A stretch of 64,000 nt of DNA from Actinomycetota bacterium (GTDB lineage Bacteria > Actinomycetota > Actinomycetes > S36-B12 > UBA5976). Of the stretch, positions 7,742 through 18,106 are shown in pieces. The stretch is taken from the NCBI GenBank assembly GCA_009698575.1, contig WLPX01000001.1, positions 392,747-456,746 on the forward strand, written 5' to 3'. The position numbers were made by a program, and so were the translations under genes. Below the pieces are notes generated by a model that saw only the letters and a list, made by a program, of their open reading frames with translations, had not been told where the DNA came from and searched no databases. Positions within the stretch are counted from its first letter, which is position 1. Every line of letters begins with the position of its first letter.

Positions 7742-10273
7742 TTATTCTGCTTCCCCCTCAGGCGCAACTTCAGTTGGACTTGCTGGAACTTCGACACTCT
7801 CTAGTGCTGCCATTGAAGCTGCGGTGCTTTTTGCAACAGCAACGACTTTATCTTCGTCGCCAACCTTCATAAACGAAACACCCATGGTGTCTCGACCGGC
7901 TGCGCGAATTTCATCTACGCGAGTTCTAATCACAACACCATTGCTAGCAATTGCAAAGATCTCGTCGTCGCCCGCGCAAATTAAAGCGCCAGCAAGTCCG
8001 CCGCGCTTTTCAACTAATCGCATAGCGCGAACACCTTGAGTACCACGACCTTTGGCGTTCCATTCTTCGATTGAAGTTCGCTTTGCCCAACCACCTTCGG
8101 TAACGGTTACAACGAATGAATCTGGTGTTGCGACCTCCATTTTGAGTAGGTAGTCGTCTTCAGTCTTGAAGCGAATTCCAATTACGCCGCCTGCGGTTCG
8201 TCCCATTGGACGAAGAGTTGCGTCGTCAGCATGACAGCGAACTGAATAGCCCATTTTGGAAACCAATAACAAATCATCTTCATCATCGACGAGTTGAGCT
8301 GAGACCACGCCATCTTCATCCCGAAGAGTGATTGCTACCAGGCCAGTGCTTCGCGATGAATCGTAATCCGTTAGGCGCGATTTTTTGATAACGCCATTGC
8401 GAGTTGCTAGCACCAGATACTTTGCCTGTTCGTAATCTCGCAGATCAAGCACCTCGACAACATGCTCTTCGGGCGCAAGCGATAGTAGGTTTGCCACGTG
8501 TTGACCGCGAGCGTCGCGACCAGTGTCAGTGAGTTCGTAGGCCTTAACTCGGAATACCCGACCGCGATCAGTAAAGAACAAAATCCAGTGGTGTGTTGTG
8601 GTCACAAAGAAATTAGTGACTACGTCGTCTTGCTTCAGGGCTGCACCCTTAACTCCACGGCCGCCACGTTTTTGCGAGCGGTAAAGCGCTGCTTTGGTTC
8701 GCTTGATGTAACCATCCGCAGACAACGTAACCACTATCGGCTCTTCTGCGATTAAGTCTTCGTGAGTTACATCGTTTTCATCCGCCACAATTGTGGTGCG
8801 TCGCTCGTCGCCAAACTTATTAACGATTTCAGCTAACTCATCGCTAACAATGCTGCGCTGACGAGTGAGGTTAGAGAGGATGTCTTTGTAATCTGCAATC
8901 TCGGCCATTAACTTGTCGTGCTGAGTTTGTAATTCATTTCGTTCTAGAGCTGCGAGCTTACGCAGCTGCATATCCAAAATCGCTTGCGCTTGGATTTCAT
9001 CAATATCAAGAAGTTTCATTAAGCCGGCTTGTGCAACTGAAGCAGATTCCGATGCGCGGATTAATGCAATCACTTCATCAATTCGATCGATGGCTTTTAA
9101 TAAGCCGATCAAAATATGTACGCGCTCTTCGGCAATTCGTAGTCGGTAAGCAGTTCGGCGCTGAATTACTTCAACCTGGTGCTCAATCCAATTCAAAACA
9201 AACGCATCAAGAGTTAGTGTGCGTGGCACTCCATCGACCAATGCCAACATGTTGGCGCCAAAATTATCTTGTAGCTGGGTGTACTTAAATAAGTTGTTGA
9301 GTACCACCTTTGGCACGGCGTCACGCTTAAGAACTACAACAATTCGCATGCCGGTACGTGATGAGCTTTCGTCAATTAAGTCTGCGATCCCGCTTACTTT
9401 GCCTTGCTCAACTAGTTCAGCAATACGTTCCAATAAATTATCTGGATTTACTTGGTACGGCAGCTGGGTAATCGCGATGATTGTGCGGCCACGCTTATCT
9501 TCGGTGATTTCAGTAACAGCGCGCATTGTTACCGAGCCGCGACCGGTGCGATACGCGTCTTGAATGCCGCGACGGCCAACGATCTGTCCCCCGGTTGGGA
9601 AATCCGGTCCAGTGATTCGTTCCATCAAAGCTTCGAGTAATTCTTCGCGAGTTGCATCTGGATGCTCTAGTGACCACTGCACACCAGCTGCAACTTCAGT
9701 TAAGTTATGCGGCGGGATGTTGGTGGCCATACCTACGGCGATACCTGAGGAGCCATTAACTAATAAGTTCGGGAATCGACTTGGCAGAACGGTTGGTTCT
9801 AAATTCTTGCCATCGTAGTTTGGTACGAAATTGACCGTATCTTGATCAATATCTCGCACCATTTCCATCGCAAGTGCTGCCATGCGACATTCGGTGTAAC
9901 GAGACGCAGCCGCAGAGTCATTACCAGGAGATCCAAAGTTGCCTTGTCCTTGCACTAACGGATAACGCAATGACCAAGATTGGGTCAAGCGCACCAATGT
10001 GTCATAAATCGCACTATCGCCATGTGGATGATATTGACCCATGACTTCGCCGACTACGCGGGCACTCTTATTGAAAGCTCGGTCTGGTCGGTAACCACCG
10101 TCATACATCGCGTAGATAACGCGACGATGGACTGGCTTTAAACCGTCTCGCACATCTGGAAGTGCACGCGAGACGATAACGCTCATTGCATAGTCAAGAT
10201 ATGACCTTTGCATTTCGACATTCAGATCAACGATCTGAACTTCGTCGTGTGTTGAATCGTTTATGTCAGTCAT
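7742..10273 (-). CDS. gyrA: DNA gyrase subunit A
   Basis: 843 aa. Motifs: DGLKPVHRR, the QRDR region [15 protein letters not shown], the active-site Tyr context [11 protein letters not shown], and a C-terminal beta-pinwheel repeat region. Confidence 0.98.
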   Translation of the reverse strand: MTDINDSTHDEVQIVDLNVEMQRSYLDYAMSVIVSRALPDVRDGLKPVHRRVIYAMYDGGYRPDRAFNKSARVVGEVMGQYHPHGDSAIYDTLVRLTQSWSLRYPLVQGQGNFGSPGNDSAAASRYTECRMAALAMEMVRDIDQDTVNFVPNYDGKNLEPTVLPSRFPNLLVNGSSGIAVGMATNIPPHNLTEVAAGVQWSLEHPDATREELLEALMERITGPDFPTGGQIVGRRGIQDAYRTGRGSVTMRAVTEITEDKRGRTIIAITQLPYQVNPDNLLERIAELVEQGKVSGIADLIDESSSRTGMRIVVVLKRDAVPKVVLNNLFKYTQLQDNFGANMLALVDGVPRTLTLDAFVLNWIEHQVEVIQRRTAYRLRIAEERVHILIGLLKAIDRIDEVIALIRASESASVAQAGLMKLLDIDEIQAQAILDMQLRKLAALERNELQTQHDKLMAEIADYKDILSNLTRQRSIVSDELAEIVNKFGDERRTTIVADENDVTHEDLIAEEPIVVTLSADGYIKRTKAALYRSQKRGGRGVKGAALKQDDVVTNFFVTTTHHWILFFTDRGRVFRVKAYELTDTGRDARGQHVANLLSLAPEEHVVEVLDLRDYEQAKYLVLATRNGVIKKSRLTDYDSSRSTGLVAITLRDEDGVVSAQLVDDEDDLLLVSKMGYSVRCHADDATLRPMGRTAGGVIGIRFKTEDDYLLKMEVATPDSFVVTVTEGGWAKRTSIEEWNAKGRGTQGVRAMRLVEKRGGLAGALICAGDDEIFAIASNGVVIRTRVDEIRAAGRDTMGVSFMKVGDEDKVVAVAKSTAASMAALESVEVPASPTEVAPEGEAE

Positions 10274-12273
10274 CAGATGTCCAAGAACCGCACGTCATGT
10301 GCATTGCGTTGAATGAAATTTCGGCGACTTTCTACATCTTCGCCCATTAATGTCGAGAACAGTTGATCAGCTTGCGCAGCATCGTCAACTGAGATTTGTA
10401 AAAGAACACGCGTTTCAGGATTCATTGTGGTTTCCCAAAGTTCCTCAGCATTCATTTCACCAAGGCCTTTATAGCGTTGAATGTCTTCGGTGCGAAGTTT
10501 CTTGCCAGCGGCTAAACCTGCTTCGACAAGTTCGTCTCGTTGCCGATCGGAATACGCATAACCCGGGGTTTCGCGTGACCATTTAACTTTGTAGAGCGGT
10601 GGTTGCGCTAAGTAAACAAAGCCACCATCAACAAGTGGTCGCATGTACCGGAATAAGAAAGTTAGCAATAGGGTGCGAATGTGTTGGCCATCAACGTCAG
10701 CATCCGCCATCAAAACTAGTTTGTGGTATCGCAATTTGTTGATATCGAATTCGTCTTGAATTCCAGTTCCGAATGCAGAGATAATTGCTTGTACTTCAGT
10801 GTTAGCAAGTACCCGATCGATTCTGGTTTTTTCTACGTTCAAGATTTTTCCGCGAATTGGCAAGATTGCTTGGGTGCGTGGATCGCGGCCTTGACCGGCT
10901 GAACCACCCGCAGAGTCACCTTCAACAATGAACACTTCACACTCAGATGGTTCGTGACTTGAACAATCTTTTAACTTGCCTGGCAAACTGCTGCTGCCAA
11001 GTAGGCCTTTTCGGTTACGTGCTAAGTCACGAGCTTTACGGGCAGCAAGTCGAGCAGTTGCAGCTTGTAAAGATTTACGCGCAATGTCTTTTCCTTGTGC
11101 CGGATTCTTTTCAAACCAAGCGGCCAATTCTTCGTTAACCGCTTTTTGCACAAACGTTTTTGCTTCAGTGTTTCCAAGTTTGGTTTTTGTTTGACCTTCG
11201 AACTGTGGTTCGAGCAACTTAATGGAAATAATTGCAGTTAGGCCTTCGCGAACATCTTCACCAGAAAGATTGGTGTCTTTTTCTTTTAGGATGCTCCACT
11301 CGCGCGCAAATTTATTTACTAGCGATGTCAGTGCGGTACGGAATCCTTCTTCGTGCGTTCCACCTTCAATGGTGTTGATGGTGTTTGCAAACGAATAAAC
11401 CGACTCGGAGTAGCTGGCATTCCATTGCATAGCAACTTCAAGGCTTAGTCCGCGCTTAGTGTCTTCAGAAAAAATTTCCACAATGTCGTTGTGAATTGGG
11501 GTTTTTCGAGCATTTAGGTGACTTACGAAATCTGCAATGCCGCCTTCGTACATGTAGCTAACGCTGCGTGGGCCATCGAGTTTTGGTTCTCCGGTTTCTT
11601 CATCGATTGCTGGGCCGGCTGAGGCGCGCTCATCGGTAAGCGTAAGTGTTAGTCCGCGATTAAGAAATGCCATTTCTTGGAATCGCCGAGAGAGAGTTTC
11701 GAAATCATAAACTGTGGTTTCAAAAATATCGCCATCAGCCCAGAACGTGACAGTTGTTCCAGAGGTTTCTGTTTTGCCACCTTTTTTAAGTGGCGCAACC
11801 GGCACACCATATTTGTAGGACTGAGTATGAATAGATCCGTCGCGCCGAACTTCGACATCAACTTTTTTGGACAGCGCGTTCACAACTGAAACGCCCACGC
11901 CGTGCAATCCGCCGGATACCGCGTAGCCGCCGCCGCCGAATTTGCCGCCAGCGTGTAGCACGGTAAGTACAACTTCAACAGCTGGCTTACCTTCGGAAGG
12001 AACTATATCTACTGGGATTCCGCGGCCGTTATCAACAACACGAACTCCGCCGTCAGCCAAAATTGTTACATCGATTTGGGTGCAATACCCCGCTAAAGCT
12101 TCATCGACTGAGTTGTCTACAACTTCGTGAACTAAGTGGTGAAGGCCGCGCTCACCGGTGGAACCGATGTACATTCCGGGCCGTTTGCGTACCGCATCGA
12201 GACCCTCTAAAACTTGGATCGAACTGGCGTCATATGACACGTTTCGGGCCTTTCGTAGAGCTATATTTTGCAC
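10273..12273 (-). CDS. gyrB: DNA gyrase subunit B
   Basis: 666 aa. GHKL ATPase motifs [15 protein letters not shown] and GLHGVG, and Toprim EGDSAGGSA. The start is uncertain: GTG at 12273 or GTG at 12240 ([14 protein letters not shown], preceded by GAAAGG). Confidence 0.97.
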   Translation of the reverse strand: MQNIALRKARNVSYDASSIQVLEGLDAVRKRPGMYIGSTGERGLHHLVHEVVDNSVDEALAGYCTQIDVTILADGGVRVVDNGRGIPVDIVPSEGKPAVEVVLTVLHAGGKFGGGGYAVSGGLHGVGVSVVNALSKKVDVEVRRDGSIHTQSYKYGVPVAPLKKGGKTETSGTTVTFWADGDIFETTVYDFETLSRRFQEMAFLNRGLTLTLTDERASAGPAIDEETGEPKLDGPRSVSYMYEGGIADFVSHLNARKTPIHNDIVEIFSEDTKRGLSLEVAMQWNASYSESVYSFANTINTIEGGTHEEGFRTALTSLVNKFAREWSILKEKDTNLSGEDVREGLTAIISIKLLEPQFEGQTKTKLGNTEAKTFVQKAVNEELAAWFEKNPAQGKDIARKSLQAATARLAARKARDLARNRKGLLGSSSLPGKLKDCSSHEPSECEVFIVEGDSAGGSAGQGRDPRTQAILPIRGKILNVEKTRIDRVLANTEVQAIISAFGTGIQDEFDINKLRYHKLVLMADADVDGQHIRTLLLTFLFRYMRPLVDGGFVYLAQPPLYKVKWSRETPGYAYSDRQRDELVEAGLAAGKKLRTEDIQRYKGLGEMNAEELWETTMNPETRVLLQISVDDAAQADQLFSTLMGEDVESRRNFIQRNAHDVRFLDI

Positions 12274-12361
12274 CTGAAGGTCAGACCCTAATTGGGAGTT
12301 TTTCAGGCGCGCTTACTGCCCTAATTCTATCTTTTTGTTGACTTTTTTGGTAGTCGGGGTG

Positions 12362-12871
12362 CTACCCGTAGGTATCCCGTGGGCCTCGTCCTGGGACACT
12401 TCTTTGGCCGTGTTTCCAGGATGGAGCTGTTGGTCCAATCACCTTAATTTCACTAATTCTGCCATGGCCGATTTCCTCGCCTAGACGCTGCGAAATGGTC
12501 GGCATTAGTAATCGAATTTGGGTAGCCCAGGCGCTGGAATCTGCTTTCAGGATCAAGGTGCCTGATTGACCGCTTGGGTCTAAATTAAACGAGTCAATCG
12601 AGACATGGGAAGCCACTTCATGACCCACTATTAGACCCCACTGACCAGTTAGGCGCCCGGTTGAGACTTGTAGGTCCCAGCCTTTGTTAATTATTAATCG
12701 ATCAATTAAGCCAGAAAGCATTGCGGGATCGCGTTCATCTGGTCCAGCGCCACTGCGCTGTTCGTCATATTGCGGCATGTTGGATTTACGCCGGCTGGGT
12801 GAGGCAGTAGCGCGAACCCTGGCTCGGCTAAGCAAGGATTTTAAGAATTCCTCTTGGTGTTTCTCTAACAC
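12362..12871 (-). CDS. dciA: DUF721/DciA-family protein (Rv0004 equivalent, DnaB helicase operator)
   Basis: 169 aa between recF and gyrB. Contains W..IVG..VA.H and LILKADSSAWATQIRLL, with the C-terminal GPRDTYG tail typical of actinobacterial DUF721 proteins. Confidence 0.8.
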   Translation of the reverse strand: MLEKHQEEFLKSLLSRARVRATASPSRRKSNMPQYDEQRSGAGPDERDPAMLSGLIDRLIINKGWDLQVSTGRLTGQWGLIVGHEVASHVSIDSFNLDPSGQSGTLILKADSSAWATQIRLLMPTISQRLGEEIGHGRISEIKVIGPTAPSWKHGQRSVPGRGPRDTYG

Positions 12872-12875
12872 GATG

Positions 12876-13976
12876 CTAGTTATCTTCCAGCAATATCTGG
12901 TTACTTAGCAATTCCTTTGGGATATCTTCTACGACAGCCGCGGTGATTAATGTTTGCTCAACACCATCAATTGCTTGAATTAAACGTTTTCTGCGTTTTT
13001 CATCAAGCTCGGCAAACACGTCATCCAGGATCAAAATCGGGTCATCATCGTGCTCGCGTAAAACATCAAAAGCAGCTAGGCGTAAAGCGATTGCAATCGA
13101 CCAAGACTGCCCGTGTGAGGCATAGCCTTTTGCTGGCATGTTGCTTAACTTTATTTCTAAATCATCTCGATGTGGACCAACTAAAGTTACGCCTCGATCT
13201 AATTCATCTTTAAATTTAAGTTTTAAGTTTTCTCTAAAAACATTTTTGATTTCAGTGAGTTCAAAAGTGTCTTTTAGTAACCAAGACGATAAGTAGTCAA
13301 CTTCCAATGGTTCGGTATTGCCGCTTATTGTTTTACCAAATTCAATAATTTTTGGTGTTAGTTTTTTAAGGTTCATTAATCTTGTTGACACTAAGTTACT
13401 GCCGTGAATAATTAATTGTTCATCCCAGGCATCTAGTGTGTCTTGTGCTTGTTGTGAGGGTGGTCGCCTGCCGAGTGATTTAAGTAAAGTATTGCGCTGT
13501 TTTAATGTTCGTTCGTATTCACTTCGGGTGTTTATAAATTTAGGTGTTAGTAATGTGCTGAATTCGTCTATGAATTTACGGCGTGATGTGGGTTCGCCTT
13601 TTACAAGCTCTAGGTCCTCGGGTGAAAAAATTACAGTTGTCACTAGACCGAGTAGGTCTCGTGGTCGTGAAAGCTGGGTTTGATTAAGTAAAACTTTGTT
13701 GGTCCCTGGGTAATTTATTGTTAGCTCTACTTGCGCCTGTCGATTATGTTTTTTTACCAAGGCGTTAATTTGTGCGCTTAGTAGGCCGTTGCGAACAAGT
13801 GGACCGTCTTGGGAAACCCGGTGTGATCCTAGGGTTGCTAGGTAGTGCACGGCTTCAACTATGTTGGTTTTTCCGCGGCCGTTCCTACCGATAATTGTGG
13901 TTGCCCCGCTTAGAAAATCTAGCTCAAGGTTTTCGTGGTTGCGAAAATCATGCAGTGCCAGTTTAGATATTTGCAT
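12876..13976 (-). CDS. recF: DNA replication/repair protein RecF
   Basis: 366 aa. Starts MQISKLALHDFRNH, has Walker A GRNGRGKTN and Walker B ILILDDVFAELD. Lies in dnaN-recF synteny. Confidence 0.95.
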   Translation of the reverse strand: MQISKLALHDFRNHENLELDFLSGATTIIGRNGRGKTNIVEAVHYLATLGSHRVSQDGPLVRNGLLSAQINALVKKHNRQAQVELTINYPGTNKVLLNQTQLSRPRDLLGLVTTVIFSPEDLELVKGEPTSRRKFIDEFSTLLTPKFINTRSEYERTLKQRNTLLKSLGRRPPSQQAQDTLDAWDEQLIIHGSNLVSTRLMNLKKLTPKIIEFGKTISGNTEPLEVDYLSSWLLKDTFELTEIKNVFRENLKLKFKDELDRGVTLVGPHRDDLEIKLSNMPAKGYASHGQSWSIAIALRLAAFDVLREHDDDPILILDDVFAELDEKRRKRLIQAIDGVEQTLITAAVVEDIPKELLSNQILLEDN

Positions 13977-13994
13977 TACTAACTGTTGCTAGTT

Positions 13995-15122
13995 TTATTG
14001 TTGCCGGATTGGCATTAACAAATATTTAAAGCTGTCATCTGGTTGTGCGCCGAAGTCGGTAGCGCCAGAAATTACAGCTGGTCGTATTGGGGTAGTCATA
14101 GAAACTACTGCAATGGCAGAGTCGATTGCGTTTAAGCCGTCAAGTAAGAACTGGTGATTAAAAGCAATTGTTAACTCGTCGCCTGTTAACGTGCATTCAA
14201 TAAATTCTTTAGCTTCTGCCAATTCCCCACTGCCGCCACCGCCCGTAACAATTGCTTCACCGTTTGCAAATGTTATTCGGATTGGAGCTTCACGCTCTAG
14301 CACTAGGGATACACGTTTTACAGACTCAACAAGTGCGCTGGTGCTAATTTGTGCAACTGTTGTCGATTCGGTTGGCAATAAAGTTCGGTACTTAGGAAAA
14401 TCTGCCGCGAGTAAGCGACTCGTGGTTTGACGGCCTGCTCCTTCAATGCCAACCAAGCCTTCGTTGGCAGTTGAAAACGCAATTGATATTGCTTCGCTGT
14501 GCGCTAGAGATTTTGAAGACTCAGATAAAAATTTCGCTGGGATTAACGCATGGGTGCTTAATGAAGTTGAAGTTGGCGACCAATTTAATTCCCGCACAGC
14601 AAGCCGATATCTGTCGGTGGCTGCCAACGTGATTACCGCGCCCTCGACATCAATTTTTACACCAGTGAATGCTGGCAATGTTTCATCGCGCGATGCTGCA
14701 ATTGCAACTTGTGAGATTGCTGTCGCGAAATCTGTGCCAGATATAGTTCCAGAAACCCCAGGCATTGTTGGTAGCGGTGGGTATTCAGCCTCTGGCATTG
14801 TTGGAATTGTGAAAGAGGATCGGCCGCAAGTGATTTGAGCTCGGTTACCTTTAACTGAAAAATCAATAGTTGCTGACGGTAGAGAGCGTGTAATGTCGGC
14901 AAGTAAGCGGCCAGGAATTAAAACTGTGCCGGTTTCTATTACGTCAGCTTTTAGGTTTGCGCGCGCGCTGACATCAGCGTCGCTACCAGAAAGCGTGAGC
15001 CCGGATTTTTCGGCAACTAAGTGCATGCCTGTTAGCAACGGCTGGGTGGATTTTGTCGGGAGCGTTCTAGAGGCCCATGACACTGCATCGGCCATTACGT
15101 CGCGATCTACTTGGAACTTCAC
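13995..15122 (-). CDS. dnaN: DNA polymerase III beta sliding clamp
   Basis: 375 aa with a GTG start. The N-terminus MKFQVDRDVMADAVSWASRTLP is typical of DnaN, and the gene sits immediately downstream of the dnaA/oriC spacer. Confidence 0.95.
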   Translation of the reverse strand: MKFQVDRDVMADAVSWASRTLPTKSTQPLLTGMHLVAEKSGLTLSGSDADVSARANLKADVIETGTVLIPGRLLADITRSLPSATIDFSVKGNRAQITCGRSSFTIPTMPEAEYPPLPTMPGVSGTISGTDFATAISQVAIAASRDETLPAFTGVKIDVEGAVITLAATDRYRLAVRELNWSPTSTSLSTHALIPAKFLSESSKSLAHSEAISIAFSTANEGLVGIEGAGRQTTSRLLAADFPKYRTLLPTESTTVAQISTSALVESVKRVSLVLEREAPIRITFANGEAIVTGGGGSGELAEAKEFIECTLTGDELTIAFNHQFLLDGLNAIDSAIAVVSMTTPIRPAVISGATDFGAQPDDSFKYLLMPIRQQ

Positions 15123-15570
15123 TTACAACTCACCCTCTGGCGTTTCAATATCTTGAGCCTTTATCGTGCCATGTTTGGCTGACTAATTCAGCCACAGCCT
15201 CGTTGCGGCTGAAATCCCACTAGATTTAGCCCTAATTCAAGACTTATTAACAGCACTGGTCAAGACCTAAGCTGGAAATATATCTTTAGTAGTCGTAGTA
15301 GCCCCTGGGGATACTGTGGATAACCTTAATTCCCCAACATAAGAAACAATTCCTAGCAATATAACCTGTGGATAAAAACGGACCAAAACCCCACAAATTA
15401 AAAACTTAAAAAGTTATCCACAGTTATCCACAGTTATTAAGGCTAAATACCCAACTATCCTCACAAAACAACTAAAACAAAAGGTAAATCCAATAAAACC
15501 AAGAAATCTACTAAAAAGATATCCCCATGTTTATCCACACTGTGTATAGAAGTGACGGATGTTACTAGAG
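15123..15570. other. oriC (dnaA-dnaN intergenic origin of replication)
   Basis: 448-bp non-coding spacer with five perfect 9-mer DnaA boxes: TGTGGATAA at 15315-15323 and 15367-15375; TTATCCACA at 15414-15422, 15424-15432 (tandem, 10-bp phasing) and 15531-15539. Degenerate boxes: ATATCCCCA at 15518-15526 and CTATCCTCA near 15455. An A-rich tract spans 15376-15520. Confidence 0.9.
15287..15323 (-). other. DnaA-trio-like element (TAG repeats + GC spacer + DnaA box)
   Basis: + strand: TAGTAGTCGTAGTAG (15287-15301), then CCCCTGGGGATAC (13 nt), then TGTGGATAA (15315-15323). Confidence 0.5.
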
Positions 15571-17016
15571 TTACAAACCTCGAGCTTGAGCCTTAATTCG
15601 AGCAGTCAAGTCGCTTACCTGGTTATACAAACTTCTACGCTCAGCAATTAACTGCCGGACTTTACGATCTGCGTGCATGACTGTGGTGTGGTCGCGGCCG
15701 CCAAACTGTTGGCCAATTTTTGGAAGCGACAAATCAGTCAGTTCTCGACACAAATACATCGCGATCTGGCGGGCAGTTACTAAAACCCGGGAGCGACTAG
15801 CACCAGTTAGGTCATCAAGGGTGACACCAAAGTAGCTAGCTGTTTGAGCCATAATCAAGCTCGCGCTAATTTCTGGCCCAGCAGCGTCAGAAACCAAGTC
15901 TTTAAGAACCACCTCAGCTAAACCTAAGTCCACTGGGGCTCGGTTCAAGCTAGCAAATGCAGTAACTCGAATTAGTGCACCTTCAAGCTCACGAATATTG
16001 GTCGACATTTTTGACGCTATAAATTCCAATACTTCTGGCGGCGCACTCAATCTTTCTTGCGCGCTCTTCTTACGCAAAATCGCAATACGAGTTTCTAAAT
16101 CGGGTGGCTGAACATCAGTAATCAAACCCCACTCAAAGCGCGAACTCATCCGATCCTCGAAACCTTGGAGCTGTTTTGGAGGTAAATCAGAAGTCACAAC
16201 AATTTGCTTGTTGGCATTATGCAACGTATTAAAAGTGTGAAAAAATTCTTCTTGAGTTTGTACTTTCCCCGACAAGAACTGAATGTCATCAACCAACAAC
16301 ACGTCAATATCCCTGTAACGACGCTGGAATTCCTTAGCTTTATCATCACGAATTGAATTAATAAATTCATTAGTAAATTCTTCCGAACTCACATAACGAA
16401 CTTTTGATCCGGCATAAAGCGTTCGGGTGTAGTGACCAATTGCATGAAGTAGGTGAGTCTTACCCAAACCTGATTCGCCGTATACGAACAACGGGTTGTA
16501 GGCCTTTGCAGGCTGTTCGGCTACCGCTCGGGCAGCAGCGTGGGCAAAGCGATTAGATGAACCCGGCACGAAAGTGTCGAAAGTATATTTTGGATTTAAG
16601 CGGCTTCCTTCTTCGGAAGTACGGGGAGCCGGAGCGGGCCCACGACTAGCTTGAGGCGGCAACGCCGGATTTGGATCTGACTGCAGACCAATTGATTCGA
16701 TATCGGCGTAAGTTGAATCCGCTAAATCATCGGTTGCCTCATCATCAAGATCTGGCGCAATCGACTCATCGACAGTCACAGCTAGCCGCATTTCACGGCC
16801 TAAAGTTGCCGAGAGCGCATCACAGACAATCGGGCTTAAGCGACTTTCCAAAACGTCTTTTGTAAATTCATTCGGGGCAGCAACAAGCGCAGTGTCGCCG
16901 ACAATTCCTAGTGGCCGAGTCAAGGTAACAAAAGCTCGCTGTTGTGGTGTCAAAGCTCCCGCCGAAAGCGACTCTAAGGTCTTAGCCCAAACTTCGTTCA
17001 GATCTAGATCGTCCAT
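15571..17016 (-). CDS. dnaA: chromosomal replication initiator DnaA
   Basis: 481 aa. Starts MDDLDLNEVWAKTLESL, has Walker A GESGLGKTHLL, Walker B LLVDDIQF, and a C-terminal DNA-binding helix GGRDHTTVMHA. Confidence 0.98.
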   Translation of the reverse strand: MDDLDLNEVWAKTLESLSAGALTPQQRAFVTLTRPLGIVGDTALVAAPNEFTKDVLESRLSPIVCDALSATLGREMRLAVTVDESIAPDLDDEATDDLADSTYADIESIGLQSDPNPALPPQASRGPAPAPRTSEEGSRLNPKYTFDTFVPGSSNRFAHAAARAVAEQPAKAYNPLFVYGESGLGKTHLLHAIGHYTRTLYAGSKVRYVSSEEFTNEFINSIRDDKAKEFQRRYRDIDVLLVDDIQFLSGKVQTQEEFFHTFNTLHNANKQIVVTSDLPPKQLQGFEDRMSSRFEWGLITDVQPPDLETRIAILRKKSAQERLSAPPEVLEFIASKMSTNIRELEGALIRVTAFASLNRAPVDLGLAEVVLKDLVSDAAGPEISASLIMAQTASYFGVTLDDLTGASRSRVLVTARQIAMYLCRELTDLSLPKIGQQFGGRDHTTVMHADRKVRQLIAERRSLYNQVSDLTARIKAQARGL

Positions 17017-17050
17017 GGTCGCCTTTCAGGTGTGCAAATGGGGAATATTG

Positions 17051-17116
17051 ATATCCACAGGCTCGGACTATGCAGACTACGGCCTGTGGATACCCGCTGA
17101 CAAGTTGTTTTCCACA
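17051..17116. promoter_or_regulatory. imperfect DnaA boxes in the dnaA/rpmH divergent promoter region
   Basis: ATATCCACA 17051-17059, TGTGGATAC 17085-17093, TTTTCCACA 17108-17116. Each has one mismatch to TTATCCACA. Their position fits dnaA autoregulation. Confidence 0.6.
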
Positions 17117-17282
17117 GGAGGTAAGCCTAGTTTTTGGGTTTGACCTAACCCCGCAATTGCCCGTATCTTTAGGGAGTTAATAAACGAGATCGATGTGCTT
17201 CTCGTCGAATGTTCACGAACCATAAATTCGTGAATGTCCGATGGCCAGTCGCCTCAGCCCTACTTCCTTTTGGAGTGTCATT

Positions 17283-17420
17283 ATGACAAAGCGCACCTAT
17301 CAGCCAAATAAGCGTCGTCGCGCCAAAAAGCATGGTTTCCGTAACCGTATGAGCACCCGCGCTGGCCGTGGCATTCTTGCCTCTCGCCGTGCCAAGGGTC
17401 GCACCAAGCTTTCCGCCTAA
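17283..17420 (+). CDS. rpmH: 50S ribosomal protein L34
   Basis: 45 aa: [45 protein letters not shown]. Below the ORF-track cut-off. The track instead lists a spurious antisense ORF at 17169-17435. Confidence 0.97.
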   Translation: MTKRTYQPNKRRRAKKHGFRNRMSTRAGRGILASRRAKGRTKLSA

Positions 17421-17435
17421 CAAGGCATAAAGCAC

Positions 17436-17771
17436 ATGCTTCCCGCCTCGGCGCGGTTGCGTAAGTCCTCGGACATCTCGGCAGTAATGAAGTCGGGCAC
17501 TAGGTTTTCAGCAAAATTGGTGGTTCTACACGTGGCACATGGATCAAGTGAGCAATCCAAGGTTGCATTTGCCGTTGGGAAAAACGTTGGAAACTCAGTA
17601 ATTCGCCACCGTGTCACTCGCCAACTACGTCACGCAATCTCCCCACTCCTTCCAGCATTACCAAGTGGGAGCCATATCGTGGTTCGGGCATTACCAGGCG
17701 CTGGTACCGCGAGCTTTTCCCAACTCAGCGAAAACCTAAATTTTGTCTTAGCAAAGGCAAATAAATCATGA
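17436..17771 (+). CDS. rnpA: ribonuclease P protein component
   Basis: 111 aa. N-terminal RLRKSSDISAVMKSG. Lies in the rpmH-rnpA-yidD-yidC order. Confidence 0.92.
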   Translation: MLPASARLRKSSDISAVMKSGTRFSAKLVVLHVAHGSSEQSKVAFAVGKNVGNSVIRHRVTRQLRHAISPLLPALPSGSHIVVRALPGAGTASFSQLSENLNFVLAKANKS

Positions 17772-18106
17772 CTAGATTTTTAGCTAGCCTGAAGTTCTTT
17801 TGGGACCAGACCTTTGGACGACTTTTTGTATTGTTCTTGGTCGGCATAATTCGCGCTTATCAAATCGGACTTAGTCCGCGACTTGGGCAAGTCTGTCGCT
17901 ACTACCCAAGCTGTTCGCACTATGGCCTTGAAGCAATAAAAGTTCACGGTGCCGGTAAAGGCAGCGCGCTAGCTACTTGGCGAATTATGCGGTGCCATCC
18001 CTGGGCAGCTGGCGGCGTTGAATTTATTCCAGCAAAAGGAACTTGGACTAACCGAGAAGTAATTGAACATTCAACTAATAATGATAGGCAGGTTATTGGC
18101 GCATGA
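17768..18106 (+). CDS. yidD: membrane protein insertion efficiency factor YidD
   Basis: Contains IRAYQIGLSPRLGQVCRYYPSCSHYGLEAIKVHGAGKGSALATWRIMRCHPW. It overlaps both neighbours by 4 nt and has a C-terminal extension of about 25 aa relative to typical YidD. Confidence 0.9.
   Translation: MTRFLASLKFFWDQTFGRLFVLFLVGIIRAYQIGLSPRLGQVCRYYPSCSHYGLEAIKVHGAGKGSALATWRIMRCHPWAAGGVEFIPAKGTWTNREVIEHSTNNDRQVIGA

Noticed and set aside
17169-17617. Minus-strand ORFs 17169-17435 and 17417-17617
   Set aside because: They overlap rpmH (an unmistakable L34 sequence on the + strand) and rnpA. They appear in the track only because rpmH is below the size cut-off.
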